Origin: a virus
Taxonomy: Duplodnaviria; Caudoviricetes
Virus record (IMG/VR): IMGVR_UViG_3300048882_000206
Coordinates: 1 to 38,773 of that record
Direction: 5' to 3' (one strand)
Length of the DNA: 38,773 bases
This document shows, in pieces, positions 28,809 through 36,865 of the stretch. Position numbers and translations under genes: made by a program. Below the pieces are notes generated by a model that ran no database searches, had not been told where the DNA came from, and was given only the letters and a program-made list of their open reading frames with translations. The number at the start of each line of letters is the position of its first letter. The stretch's first letter is position 1.

Positions 28809-29794
28809 TATTGAACTTTTACAGGTCGTTCCACGTTACCAGTGCTCGTGAATGATTGCACCTTTGTAGACGCTGTGATGACAAAGTCCGCAGAGTTGAT
28901 ACCTGACCCTGATCCTATGACACTGGACTGGATAGTCAGCTTACCCGCCTTAATATTATCTAGGTTCAATCCTGCGCCAAACGCCTTTATGTTGGACAGC
29001 GTAAGCGTCCTGCATTGTGAGCTTGCAGTGATGGTTGACAGAATAATCCTATCGTAATCACCATTGGAGACGGCAGGTACACTAACCGTACCTCTGGTGG
29101 ACTGCACGACTATGTCCAAGACTGCATTGTCTAATGTGGGTGACACGCTTAACCCGTCAGCTATATTGTTAGTCAAAACTAGCTCGTATATCTCACTGTT
29201 CTCTAGTGACAAAGCTGTAGCAACTACGTTTGAAATTATTATCTCATCGCATTCAAGCCACTTGCCTGTGGCTCCGATAATTTGAATAGCGTCAGTTAGC
29301 CCAGAAGCCTTACCGATATTCAAGCCATCAATCGTAATATCAGCAGCGCGTGCGCCTGACATATTAAGTTGTAAGGTCATGGTCTGTAGCTCACGTACCT
29401 CTGCAGGAGTTTGGTCGGTAAAGAAATCTGACCAGTCCTGTCCTACCTGAATGCTATGGTCAGGCTCAACGAGACTCGCGTTATACAACGCAGGTGAAGG
29501 CCAGGTGGGGGCGGCACTTAGTCCGCTAACTGCTGACAGTATCGCAATAGCGGTGGCAATTAATCCCACGCCGAAACCAATTGCCGAAACGCGCCACACC
29601 CCACCGACCACGCGCAAACCACGTAAAGAAGCAATATGTAATCTAGGTGGAGACCAACCTCCAACGGAGGGCAGACTCATATTCACTTCTGGTGTGCGCC
29701 AATTGGGAATACGAATCCTAATACGAGGAAGCGTCATATTAGGGATCGTAAATACTCTTTTAAAAAATGAAGGCTTTTTCTTTTCTTCGTCCAT
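28808..29794 (-). CDS. Membrane-anchored protein with a predicted beta-solenoid ectodomain
   Basis: Basic Pro-rich N-terminus, one TM (AIGFGVGLIATAIAILSAV) and repeating LxLxN/IxIxN strands. Confidence 0.65.
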   Translation of the reverse strand: MDEEKKKPSFFKRVFTIPNMTLPRIRIRIPNWRTPEVNMSLPSVGGWSPPRLHIASLRGLRVVGGVWRVSAIGFGVGLIATAIAILSAVSGLSAAPTWPSPALYNASLVEPDHSIQVGQDWSDFFTDQTPAEVRELQTMTLQLNMSGARAADITIDGLNIGKASGLTDAIQIIGATGKWLECDEIIISNVVATALSLENSEIYELVLTNNIADGLSVSPTLDNAVLDIVVQSTRGTVSVPAVSNGDYDRIILSTITASSQCRTLTLSNIKAFGAGLNLDNIKAGKLTIQSSVIGSGSGINSADFVITASTKVQSFTSTGNVERPVKVQ

Positions 29795-30111
29795 CAGTCA
29801 TCCTCCAGGTCATCAACCCGATCTTCAAGATCCTCAATGGCTTCCTCTAGGTCAGACGCATCAAATGCCTTACCTACAGTGTACATGCGAGCCATTTCCT
29901 GAGTCATGGCGATCTTATCCTTGAGTGCTTCGATGTCATTCTGCAACACTGCGACATCAACTGTGGTTTGTTCTTCCTGAATAACATCTACAGTGCTAGT
30001 AAGGCTTCCAACTGTGGAGTCAAGCTGTGCGACGTACCAGATTATTCCGAAAGCCTGGACAATTATAGCAACTACTATTCCCAGTGATAGCTTGACGTTT
30101 GATAAATCCAT
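29794..30111 (-). CDS. Single-TM coiled-coil protein
   Basis: N-terminal TM LGIVVAIIVQAFGIIWYV followed by acidic heptads. Confidence 0.7.
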   Translation of the reverse strand: MDLSNVKLSLGIVVAIIVQAFGIIWYVAQLDSTVGSLTSTVDVIQEEQTTVDVAVLQNDIEALKDKIAMTQEMARMYTVGKAFDASDLEEAIEDLEDRVDDLEDD

Positions 30112-30206
30112 ATATCACTCGCTCGCACTCTGTATTAAATTACTATGCTATTGTATAGCAATTAAATAGTAATTCGTTTTTAAACTTTCGCGAATTATTA
30201 TTTTAG

Positions 30207-30259
30207 TAGCTAGTGTGGGGTATTGTCGGCGTTTCCTCTCCGATTCCCCGCACTAGCTA
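30207..30259 (+). ncRNA. Candidate stem-loop small RNA with an anti-Shine-Dalgarno loop
   Basis: 14-bp outer stem and 5-bp inner stem, each with one G-U pair possible only on the + strand. Loop CGUUUCCUCU. Upstream TATTAT at 30196-30201. Confidence 0.45.
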
Positions 30260-30415
30260 AAATGCCACCCCAATACTTTTATAATCCCAATGGCGTTCGA
30301 TATCTCTACGCCATTCTAATAGAAGTTCTGCTATTTCTGACTCATTCATATCATCGTTATGGATAATCTGCGCCATTGCGAGTGAAGTCAGTGGTGTTTT
30401 AGGTGGTGATGTCAT
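30257..30415 (-). CDS. 52-aa hypothetical protein, not in the ORF track
   Basis: Translated by hand (MTSPPKTPLTSLAMAQII...SIGVAF). ATGA-coupled to the upstream gene. Confidence 0.6.
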   Translation of the reverse strand: MTSPPKTPLTSLAMAQIIHNDDMNESEIAELLLEWRRDIERHWDYKSIGVAF

Positions 30416-30621
30416 GATTTCTTGCTCCCTTTAGGCCTGCCACCCTTGTATCCGTACATAAGATGTTTGCTCGGCTTTCTTGGTAATGTGAACTCATCAA
30501 CTACAAGCGACGAGAAGTCCTTAACCTCTTTACATACACGACAGGTCTTAATCTTACTATCTGTTTCTGGTGATGGGACGATCCAATAGTGTGAACAAGT
30601 GTCCATCATTATCCTCCCCAC
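30412..30621 (-). CDS. Small putative Zn-binding protein
   Basis: CxH...CxxC motif and a C-terminal GGRPKG. The true start is probably the ATG near 30609, after GGAGG. Confidence 0.65.
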   Translation of the reverse strand: MGRIMMDTCSHYWIVPSPETDSKIKTCRVCKEVKDFSSLVVDEFTLPRKPSKHLMYGYKGGRPKGSKKS

Positions 30622-31484
30622 TGGTTACAGAACGGGGCGACATTACAGAACTTTAAGCACCTGCGCGGCTCGCCTAATCGTTCCTCAACATACAACCCTG
30701 CACTATTATTGTTCTGAACCCATCGCTGTGCCTCACCCCTGGATAGGAACTTAGCTCCCTTATCATTCGTTGCTCGCACTGCAGTCTTGCGTCCATCACG
30801 CATTACAGCGTAGGTGGTTTCATCTAGCCACCGCTCCTCAGGTGTGCAGTGTGGTAGGTCAGCATCTGATTGCATTCGTGTGCGTGAGTGTCCATCTACT
30901 CGTTCCCTAAGGTATTGTTCGGTCTCTTTGTTAGACCAGAGGGGAATCTCCACCCTCATAGCCCTGTCTGGTGGGTAATCCTTCTCGCGTAGTGAGCGTG
31001 CTTCCGACCAATCCCTAAACAAATAGACGATCTCAAGGCCGTTTACCACCCATCCATTAGCTCGAGCTAGGTGTGCATATAAATTTAACTGCCTGTATCG
31101 CTCCTCCTTAATGCCCATGACTACTTCCCATGTGGATACACGCTTGTAATCCTGTATGACTCCACGCTTCACATCGTAGTAGTCGATGGCACCCGACACT
31201 GTGTAAAGCCCTACCTCTACAGATAGGCGCTCCTCAATAATACCTACCTCTGGTGAGACTTCTGCTCCCTCCAGGATAGAGTGCACTGCCTTGCCATCGA
31301 ATTGATAGATGAGATCTATGCAGTCCACAGTGATTTCATCCATGTGTCTGCTCGTCAGTGCCTTTTGACGTGGGCTATCTATTAGCTCAGTCACACTGAA
31401 GTCAGCACCGCCCTTGCTATAGTTGTCTCTTGATAGGACTTCTACTATGGGCTGCGGTAGCCCTAGTCTGTTAGTGATCTTCAT
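30609..31484 (-). CDS. PD-(D/E)XK exonuclease (Cas4/RecB-like)
   Basis: Motifs G.AVH..LE, SGAID, IQDYK and QLNLY, with a C-terminal Cys cluster (CLKFC....FC). Confidence 0.85.
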   Translation of the reverse strand: MKITNRLGLPQPIVEVLSRDNYSKGGADFSVTELIDSPRQKALTSRHMDEITVDCIDLIYQFDGKAVHSILEGAEVSPEVGIIEERLSVEVGLYTVSGAIDYYDVKRGVIQDYKRVSTWEVVMGIKEERYRQLNLYAHLARANGWVVNGLEIVYLFRDWSEARSLREKDYPPDRAMRVEIPLWSNKETEQYLRERVDGHSRTRMQSDADLPHCTPEERWLDETTYAVMRDGRKTAVRATNDKGAKFLSRGEAQRWVQNNNSAGLYVEERLGEPRRCLKFCNVAPFCNQWGG

Positions 31485-31738
31485 CCAAATAACCTACCCT
31501 GTCTTTTATCTGGTTCAGGATTAGTGATTGTATAGTACACATACTGCACCCCGTCCTCTGTTGCGTACTGCCGAGAGAGTAAACCAATTGCGGCTAGTTC
31601 TCGCGCCTTCCTATCTGCTGATGAACCTAGCCAACCGTATGATGTTGGTTGGTTCACCAGTTCGTACCCTGCCACGGGGCGTGGGTGCTGTGATTGTATG
31701 TACTTAATAATGATATCTTTAGTCGTTGTTTTCCTCAT
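31481..31738 (-). CDS. Small winged-helix-like protein
   Basis: SADRKARELAAIGLLSR...YVYY pattern. GAGAGGG RBS. Confidence 0.55.
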   Translation of the reverse strand: MRKTTTKDIIIKYIQSQHPRPVAGYELVNQPTSYGWLGSSADRKARELAAIGLLSRQYATEDGVQYVYYTITNPEPDKRQGRLFG

Positions 31739-32161
31739 TTATTCCCTCTCTAATTTATTTTTTCGGTATTCACTTTCCAGGATTTCCGCTATGTTTTCTG
31801 CTGCCCATTCATTAGCTTGGGCAAATGATTCCCAATCCTCAATATATTCGCACTCATCCCAGGGGTTTACGCCCTCAACATACTCATGTACAAACGCTAT
31901 CTCCACGCCCCTTACATGTATTCGGTGCATTGGGTATGGCTCCTCAGTGCCGTGTGTAAATGTGACCATCCCACTAAGCCATACTTCTACATCAGCTTCT
32001 TTATCTTTACAGGTCAGATACCACTTACCAACTGCTTCTGTATTCTCACCATCTTCCGATGTGAGTACCTTTATTGTTGGGGAGTACCACATAGTTGGGT
32101 TCCAGGTATTCACACACTCCCTCAAACGATCCATGTCTAACTCTCTGCTCACCGCTTCCAT
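31739..32161 (-). CDS. Hypothetical acidic protein
   Basis: First gene after a consensus promoter. AGAGG RBS. Confidence 0.7.
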   Translation of the reverse strand: MEAVSRELDMDRLRECVNTWNPTMWYSPTIKVLTSEDGENTEAVGKWYLTCKDKEADVEVWLSGMVTFTHGTEEPYPMHRIHVRGVEIAFVHEYVEGVNPWDECEYIEDWESFAQANEWAAENIAEILESEYRKNKLERE

Positions 32162-32178
32162 TCCGCTTCCTCTTTTTC

Positions 32179-32198
32179 TATCGAATACTGTTTCGATA
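32179..32198. promoter_or_regulatory. Putative operator palindrome TATCGAA-N6-TTCGATA
   Basis: 7-bp inverted arms over the predicted +1 of the promoter at 32204-32232. The core CGAAT-N4-TTTCG has LexA-box-like spacing. Confidence 0.5.
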
Positions 32199-32203
32199 CA
32201 CCT

Positions 32204-32232
32204 ATTGTAACATATTGGTACACTATTGTCAA
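32204..32232 (-). promoter_or_regulatory. Sigma70/SigA-type promoter
   Basis: TTGACA-17 bp-TACAAT with an extended -10 TG, in an intergenic region. Confidence 0.85.
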
Positions 32233-32266
32233 ATATAGTTCCTGGTAGGATTAGGTAGGTTCCGAA

Positions 32267-32725
32267 TCAGTCCTCTTTTATTATTACTGCGTCATCCTCA
32301 AGACCTTCCCAGTTATATACCGTCAGGTCTATTTCTTTAATCAGGAAAGCTCGAGCCTTCCCCTGCGTCCACACCTTTATAATCCCTCCCATCTCGTACC
32401 CACTCTCCGCACTCGCCTTCTCACACTGCTGCATTGCTGAGTCAATCCACTGAGGCACCTTTGCCTGAGTCGATTTCACTTCGTAGCAAGTCGTGTCGTT
32501 GTGTACATCAAGGTGCTGATACCTCTTATCCAGGTTACGCACCCCGCCTATAGCTGCTGCTACTTTCCGTTCATACACCTTCCCTCTACTTCTATTGTTA
32601 GCATTTCTTTTATGGACATCTTGCCCGCTAAAAACCTCTAACAAAGTTTTACCTTGTGACTCTATTTCTCTCTCAGGCACGAACTCTGACTCCTCAATTA
32701 TTTGTTGTTGTTTGTAATATCCCAT
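32267..32725 (-). CDS. PD-(D/E)XK Holliday-junction-resolvase-like endonuclease
   Basis: RGKVYERKVA...LDV...YEVKS motif order. Confidence 0.7.
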   Translation of the reverse strand: MGYYKQQQIIEESEFVPEREIESQGKTLLEVFSGQDVHKRNANNRSRGKVYERKVAAAIGGVRNLDKRYQHLDVHNDTTCYEVKSTQAKVPQWIDSAMQQCEKASAESGYEMGGIIKVWTQGKARAFLIKEIDLTVYNWEGLEDDAVIIKED

Positions 32726-33003
32726 TACAGATCCTCCACTCGTTGCAGTAATATAGGTGTATTCTCGCCAACATAGGCACCCTGGATGTTAAACCCAAAG
32801 TATTCCCACGCCTCTACCTCACTCATTCCTTCATCCTCTAGATGTTTAATGATGCCCTTTAAGTCGTAAGCGACTACCGCTACGTCATACTGCACAGCCC
32901 CGATCCCTGCGATACACTCATCAAACCCGTCCATAAATAAAGCGTCAGGGTTTATATCCTCAAGAGCTTCCTCTGTTATTTTCCTTTTGTCCATATCAAT
33001 CAC
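32725..33003 (-). CDS. Conserved phage hypothetical protein
   Basis: DGFDECI.GI...EAWEYF.FNI.GAYVGE.TP pattern recurrent in phages. Confidence 0.75.
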   Translation of the reverse strand: MIDMDKRKITEEALEDINPDALFMDGFDECIAGIGAVQYDVAVVAYDLKGIIKHLEDEGMSEVEAWEYFGFNIQGAYVGENTPILLQRVEDL

Positions 33004-33367
33004 CCTCCTCTGACTTGTGATACCTGCTATAACGTAGGCCTGCTAGTCGTGCTTGGTTGGGATGGTCTCCAATCCAGGAGTGACAATTGCGGCAGCACCC
33101 TAAAAAATTATCTGTTGATCCATCCTCAGTAGGTAGGATGTTCCCTCCCTGTGAGCGTGCAAGTTTCTCATGTACATCCACTGCCTGCCCCTGACAATGC
33201 ACTGAGATGTGAGCTTCACACTTCGGGTGTTCACGCAGGTAGGCTGCTACGAAGTCACGCCGCCCACCTTTACGGGCGTATACCTCCTGCCTTTTTTTAC
33301 TTCTTGGTCTCAAGGCACCACCCCTTTTCATTTGGGTAACGCCTCTCTTTAAAGGTGTACGTTTCAT
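32996..33367 (-). CDS. HNH-type endonuclease
   Basis: MKRTPLKR leader and C...C...DVHE...RSQGG...N...CRNCH motif. Confidence 0.8.
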   Translation of the reverse strand: MKRTPLKRGVTQMKRGGALRPRSKKRQEVYARKGGRRDFVAAYLREHPKCEAHISVHCQGQAVDVHEKLARSQGGNILPTEDGSTDNFLGCCRNCHSWIGDHPNQARLAGLRYSRYHKSEEGD

Positions 33368-33384
33368 TCTTCCTCTCCTTCTTA

Positions 33385-33535
33385 CTTGTTGTTAAAGCCT
33401 AGTCGTAGACTAGAGAGCGAATAACAACAAGCGTATGTACGATGTACGCTACGTTACGTATGTTGTTGTTGTTGTGATATATAGATCCTATAGGACAACA
33501 ACTGTTGAGAAGCCCTTTTCCCGCAACAACAGTTC
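33385..33535. repeat. Candidate replication origin with CAACAAC/GTTGTTG and TACG repeats
   Basis: Non-coding gap downstream of the helicase with ACAAC units in both orientations and a CTAGTC/GACTAG inverted repeat. Confidence 0.45.
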
Positions 33536-33547
33536 ATTAGGAACCGC

Positions 33548-34801
33548 TTAGAACGTGGACTCTGGTATTGATGTGAGCTTATAATTTTTACTTCTACCTC
33601 CTGTATTTATAAACTCGAACCAATTATTGTTAGCCAGGATGCCACTCACGGTACTCCTGTGTACTCCAACTGCTTGAGCAATACTAGCTGCGTCACCCTC
33701 ACCATGAACCTTGAGGTACTCTCTAATTTTTTCAGCATGACTTAGTGCGAACTCTGACAGGTCGGGGAACTCCATCTCCATAGCCTCCCGTACATCCATC
33801 ATTCCAAACTGATCGAACTCGATAGCGTAGAGGGGCATGTGTGTTTTAGGGATGTCATTCGCCTTAGTGATTTGTATGCTGATTCCTAATTTGTTTTCCT
33901 CAAACCTCTCTTGCGTGTCCAGTTGGCACACTACATCTGCTGAGGCATAGAACATCTGAGAACCGAATAGGGTCTCGGTGTTCCCTTTAGGACTGTGAGC
34001 TATTCCAATCCAACTCACCCCAAACCCATTAAGAGTGTCCATTATTTTGTTAGCGTCCTCATCATTAGTAAGACCAATTCCTGCCCTACTGATACTGTCT
34101 AGGATGATAATATCTATCTCGAACTCTCTAATACTGCGCTCAATACTGTTCATTACACGCTCGAGAGTCCACCCTTTACGGTTAATCATGAGCATGGGTT
34201 GGTTCACAGGCAGCCCTAGTGACCTGTTGACTGCCCGTATTCTGCGCCTCATGCCCTCCTCATCCCTCTCTAAGTTGACAAATAGGCACCGTTTATCGGG
34301 TGCTACGTTCCAAATCTTAGTGGTATTAGTCGAGATTGACTGTGCTATAAGCAGTCCTAGCCATGATTTACCCTTGCCAGGTTCCCCATAGATGATGGTT
34401 CCTGCCCCATTACCTAGTATAAATGGCGGTACTATGAAGTCTGGTGTAGTCAATTCCCCATCCACATTGAGCATTTCTGCTAGTGAATCCTTAGAGTACT
34501 CATCCCAGAGTCCTAAACAGAACTCATCCATTAGGTTATTGATGTGCCCTTTATCCAGTAGCGGCGTGCCGTTGCCGTTCAACTGACTCAATACCCTGTT
34601 GGCTAGTCGTTGTCTTGGGTCAAGCCTGCTTAAGTTAAATACATCTGAACCTAGCAACACCTTGTCATTTATTTTTACTGCAACTTCTGCGTGAACACCT
34701 GTCTTTTCTAGTCTGATATTATCTGCAATAAAATCTAGCGAGTCTGTTTGGTCTAGTGAATATGAGTAGGTTAATTTTTCTCCTGCTCTTGCGTATTCCA
34801 T
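33548..34801 (-). CDS. RecA-family (AAA_25 / RepA-like) helicase with a C-terminal HTH
   Basis: Walker A GEPGKGKS, Walker B IIILDS, AH.PK and GS motifs, and a C-terminal HTH (IAQAVGVHRSTVSGIL). Start taken at ATG 34801 after AAGGAG. Confidence 0.85.
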   Translation of the reverse strand: MEYARAGEKLTYSYSLDQTDSLDFIADNIRLEKTGVHAEVAVKINDKVLLGSDVFNLSRLDPRQRLANRVLSQLNGNGTPLLDKGHINNLMDEFCLGLWDEYSKDSLAEMLNVDGELTTPDFIVPPFILGNGAGTIIYGEPGKGKSWLGLLIAQSISTNTTKIWNVAPDKRCLFVNLERDEEGMRRRIRAVNRSLGLPVNQPMLMINRKGWTLERVMNSIERSIREFEIDIIILDSISRAGIGLTNDEDANKIMDTLNGFGVSWIGIAHSPKGNTETLFGSQMFYASADVVCQLDTQERFEENKLGISIQITKANDIPKTHMPLYAIEFDQFGMMDVREAMEMEFPDLSEFALSHAEKIREYLKVHGEGDAASIAQAVGVHRSTVSGILANNNWFEFINTGGRSKNYKLTSIPESTF

Positions 34802-35127
34802 GTGGTCTCCTTCCACCAATACTTACTTGGTTCTACTGTCGGCTGCTGTACGGGTGCAGGTTGTTGCACTACAGGCTGCTCGAGCACTGGTTGTACAGCA
34901 TAGCAAGGGTTAATATCCCTTGTGCCTGCCATGTACTCTAGCCCGCTATCATCCGCATCAAACCACACGTAGTTATAACATCTTCCGCACTGATACTCGT
35001 ACCTTGCCATTCTGCCAAGATGGGCAAGCCTTGCCCTGCGCTTAGATATTTCATCCCGTAAGAGGGATGAGTCGCCCCACCCCTCCCATACATTAGGGTC
35101 TATCACTGTTGAGGACTCCACTTCCAC
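34771..35127 (-). CDS. Hypothetical protein with a CxxC motif
   Basis: Fills the operon gap. Contains YQCGRC and a P/Q/V-rich tail. Confidence 0.6.
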   Translation of the reverse strand: MEVESSTVIDPNVWEGWGDSSLLRDEISKRRARLAHLGRMARYEYQCGRCYNYVWFDADDSGLEYMAGTRDINPCYAVQPVLEQPVVQQPAPVQQPTVEPSKYWWKETTWNTQEQEKN

Positions 35128-35627
35128 TCGCAGTATCCCTTAGCAGTGTTAGGGTCTTGCGCAGTGCAATACACCGAGCCAGGTACTCCAAACTTACTAG
35201 GTGAGGACTTGCCATGCGTTGGGCATAGCACTTGACCACCCAAGTTGACCGCCTCCTGCACCATATGGCCTCCCTGCTGCTGCTGAGGCTGCTGTACCTG
35301 CTGTTGCTGCTGTGGTGGTGCCACATACGGTGCCTGTTGCTGTGCGGGCACGTTGTTATAGTCCTGCTGCACCTGCTGTTGCTGCGTTACTTGAGTGTCT
35401 TGTCTTGCATGGGTAAGATACTTCGATAAGTTTTTATCTAGCGCGTCTACTTGCTCGATAAGCCTACGTATATTTTGTGTATGCGGGTCAGGATCATCAG
35501 GGCTAGTTTCCCACGTGTCAGAATATCTAGGGTAGTAGGTCATTTTTAACCTAAGCCCTGAATATATACCATCGTACTCGAATAGTACTGCGCCTATCTT
35601 ATCGTTCTCGCTCAATTCGTCAGTCAT
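35103..35627 (-). CDS. Q-rich protein with a C-terminal Zn knuckle
   Basis: Poly-Q linker followed by CPTHG...YC...YC. GAGGAG RBS. Confidence 0.7.
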   Translation of the reverse strand: MTDELSENDKIGAVLFEYDGIYSGLRLKMTYYPRYSDTWETSPDDPDPHTQNIRRLIEQVDALDKNLSKYLTHARQDTQVTQQQQVQQDYNNVPAQQQAPYVAPPQQQQQVQQPQQQQGGHMVQEAVNLGGQVLCPTHGKSSPSKFGVPGSVYCTAQDPNTAKGYCEWKWSPQQ

Positions 35628-35784
35628 TGTTCCACTCCTCTATGTGATAATCTGCTACTCGCAGTTCTGTTTGGTCCGCTTGTTGTACTATCCAGTCTAT
35701 GTTTGAGTTCACATCCTTCTCAGTTTCATCAAATGACACGTACCAAACGGTCAACTTTTTAAACATAACTTTCGGTTCAGTCAT
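35620..35784 (-). CDS. 54-aa hypothetical protein, not in the ORF track
   Basis: Translated by hand (MTEPKVMFKKLTVWYVSF...EEWNND). TAATG-coupled with a GAGAGGG RBS. Confidence 0.65.
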   Translation of the reverse strand: MTEPKVMFKKLTVWYVSFDETEKDVNSNIDWIVQQADQTELRVADYHIEEWNND

Positions 35785-36047
35785 TAGTTCCCTCTCACTA
35801 TGCCAGGGGCTAGTGCCTCTGTTCCCTCTCGCCTTATGCGTGCCTCCTCTACTGCGCGTTGGTTTAAATCGAACTCACGATTAGTAAGCCACGTTTCAAA
35901 AGCCAACACGGGTATTTGCCATCGCCCTCCCTCCGTTTTAACTGCTGCTATCTGACCACCATTAAGTAGTTCGAGTAGCTTTTCTTTTCTTATTACTGCA
36001 CGTCGCGAAGCCTCACTTGCGCTAATCCATACCTCTTGATTTACCAT
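35784..36047 (-). CDS. Excisionase-like HTH (HTH_17/MerR-like) DNA-binding protein
   Basis: WISASEA...LL..GQIAAVKTEGGRWQIP pattern. Confidence 0.75.
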   Translation of the reverse strand: MVNQEVWISASEASRRAVIRKEKLLELLNGGQIAAVKTEGGRWQIPVLAFETWLTNREFDLNQRAVEEARIRREGTEALAPGIVRGN

Positions 36048-36233
36048 CTACCGCTCCTTTTCTATTTCTTTTATGTCATATAACTCATGCACTAAAGCAT
36101 TAGCGTCGCATTCGGGACATCCCTTCTCCAATTCTCCGTTGTAATCGTCCTCACAATTGGGACACGTAATCATAAAGTGATCGTCGCAGTGGCAATCGCT
36201 CATCAACTGTGCACAGTCTACGCATACTGCCAT
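36048..36233 (-). CDS. Cys-rich Zn-finger protein
   Basis: CVDC, CHC, CPNC and CPEC motifs. Start taken at ATG 36233 after GGAGAGG. Confidence 0.7.
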   Translation of the reverse strand: MAVCVDCAQLMSDCHCDDHFMITCPNCEDDYNGELEKGCPECDANALVHELYDIKEIEKER

Positions 36234-36235
36234 TG

Positions 36236-36466
36236 TTATTTCCCCTCTCCAATATGAACCAGTAAGTCCTCTATACCCTCTCGTATTTCCTCTCTCCACT
36301 CTCGCAACTCTGAACCAAATGTATCGTGACGCGAGGCGACAAGGTGAAACGGTAAGCTCCCGAGAAAAGTAATCCTATTTTGTAGTATTCGTACCCTCTC
36401 AAGCTGCTCCTCTTGTTCATTCTCGTATTGCAATTCTTGTTGTGTATCGTGTCCGTTATGACTCAT
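36236..36466 (-). CDS. Hypothetical protein
   Basis: GAGAGGGAAC RBS and tight packing. Confidence 0.65.
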   Translation of the reverse strand: MSHNGHDTQQELQYENEQEEQLERVRILQNRITFLGSLPFHLVASRHDTFGSELREWREEIREGIEDLLVHIGEGK

Positions 36467-36566
36467 TGTTAGTTCCCTCTCTTATTTCTAAATCATTTCG
36501 TATAAATTCTGAGACTAATCCTATTAAGGCCAGTCCTATTATTGGTATCAGTATCAATGCAATCAT
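36456..36566 (-). CDS. 36-aa single-TM peptide, not in the ORF track (MIALILIPIIGLALIGLVSEFIRNDLEIREGTNNES)
   Basis: Translated by hand. GAGAGGAAC RBS, and fills the operon gap. Confidence 0.65.
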   Translation of the reverse strand: MIALILIPIIGLALIGLVSEFIRNDLEIREGTNNES

Positions 36567-36568
36567 CT

Positions 36569-36865
36569 TTAGTTCCTCTCATCTATACAGTGATCGCAAT
36601 TGCAATCATCGCTATACCTTTTTAATCGCCTGTTGCATTCATCACATGTGGCGCACTCATTATCATCGAATGATTCGTATTCATAGCGCCAGTCTCCATC
36701 CAGGATATGTCTATCGAACTCGAATCTTAATCCATTGAATCGTCTGGTCTCGCCGAGTGTGTAATCTAAACGGTTCCATTTCTTAAAACATTTTTTGTGA
36801 AATGTCTGTGGGTAATCCATTAGCTCGCCGTTATCATTAGTGTATGTATCGATAACTGATATCAC
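36569..36865 (-). CDS. Hypothetical Cys-rich protein
   Basis: HxxC, CxxCxxC and CxCxxC motifs. Confidence 0.65.
   Translation of the reverse strand: MISVIDTYTNDNGELMDYPQTFHKKCFKKWNRLDYTLGETRRFNGLRFEFDRHILDGDWRYEYESFDDNECATCDECNRRLKRYSDDCNCDHCIDERN

Noticed and set aside
30207-30259. Hairpin as an ordinary - strand intrinsic terminator
   Set aside because: There is no U-tract and two A-C mismatches on that strand. It is not fully excluded, because it does sit at the end of the operon.
30609-31484. Cas4 as evidence of a CRISPR system
   Set aside because: No array or other cas genes are present, and solo PD-(D/E)XK exonucleases are common in phage recombination modules.
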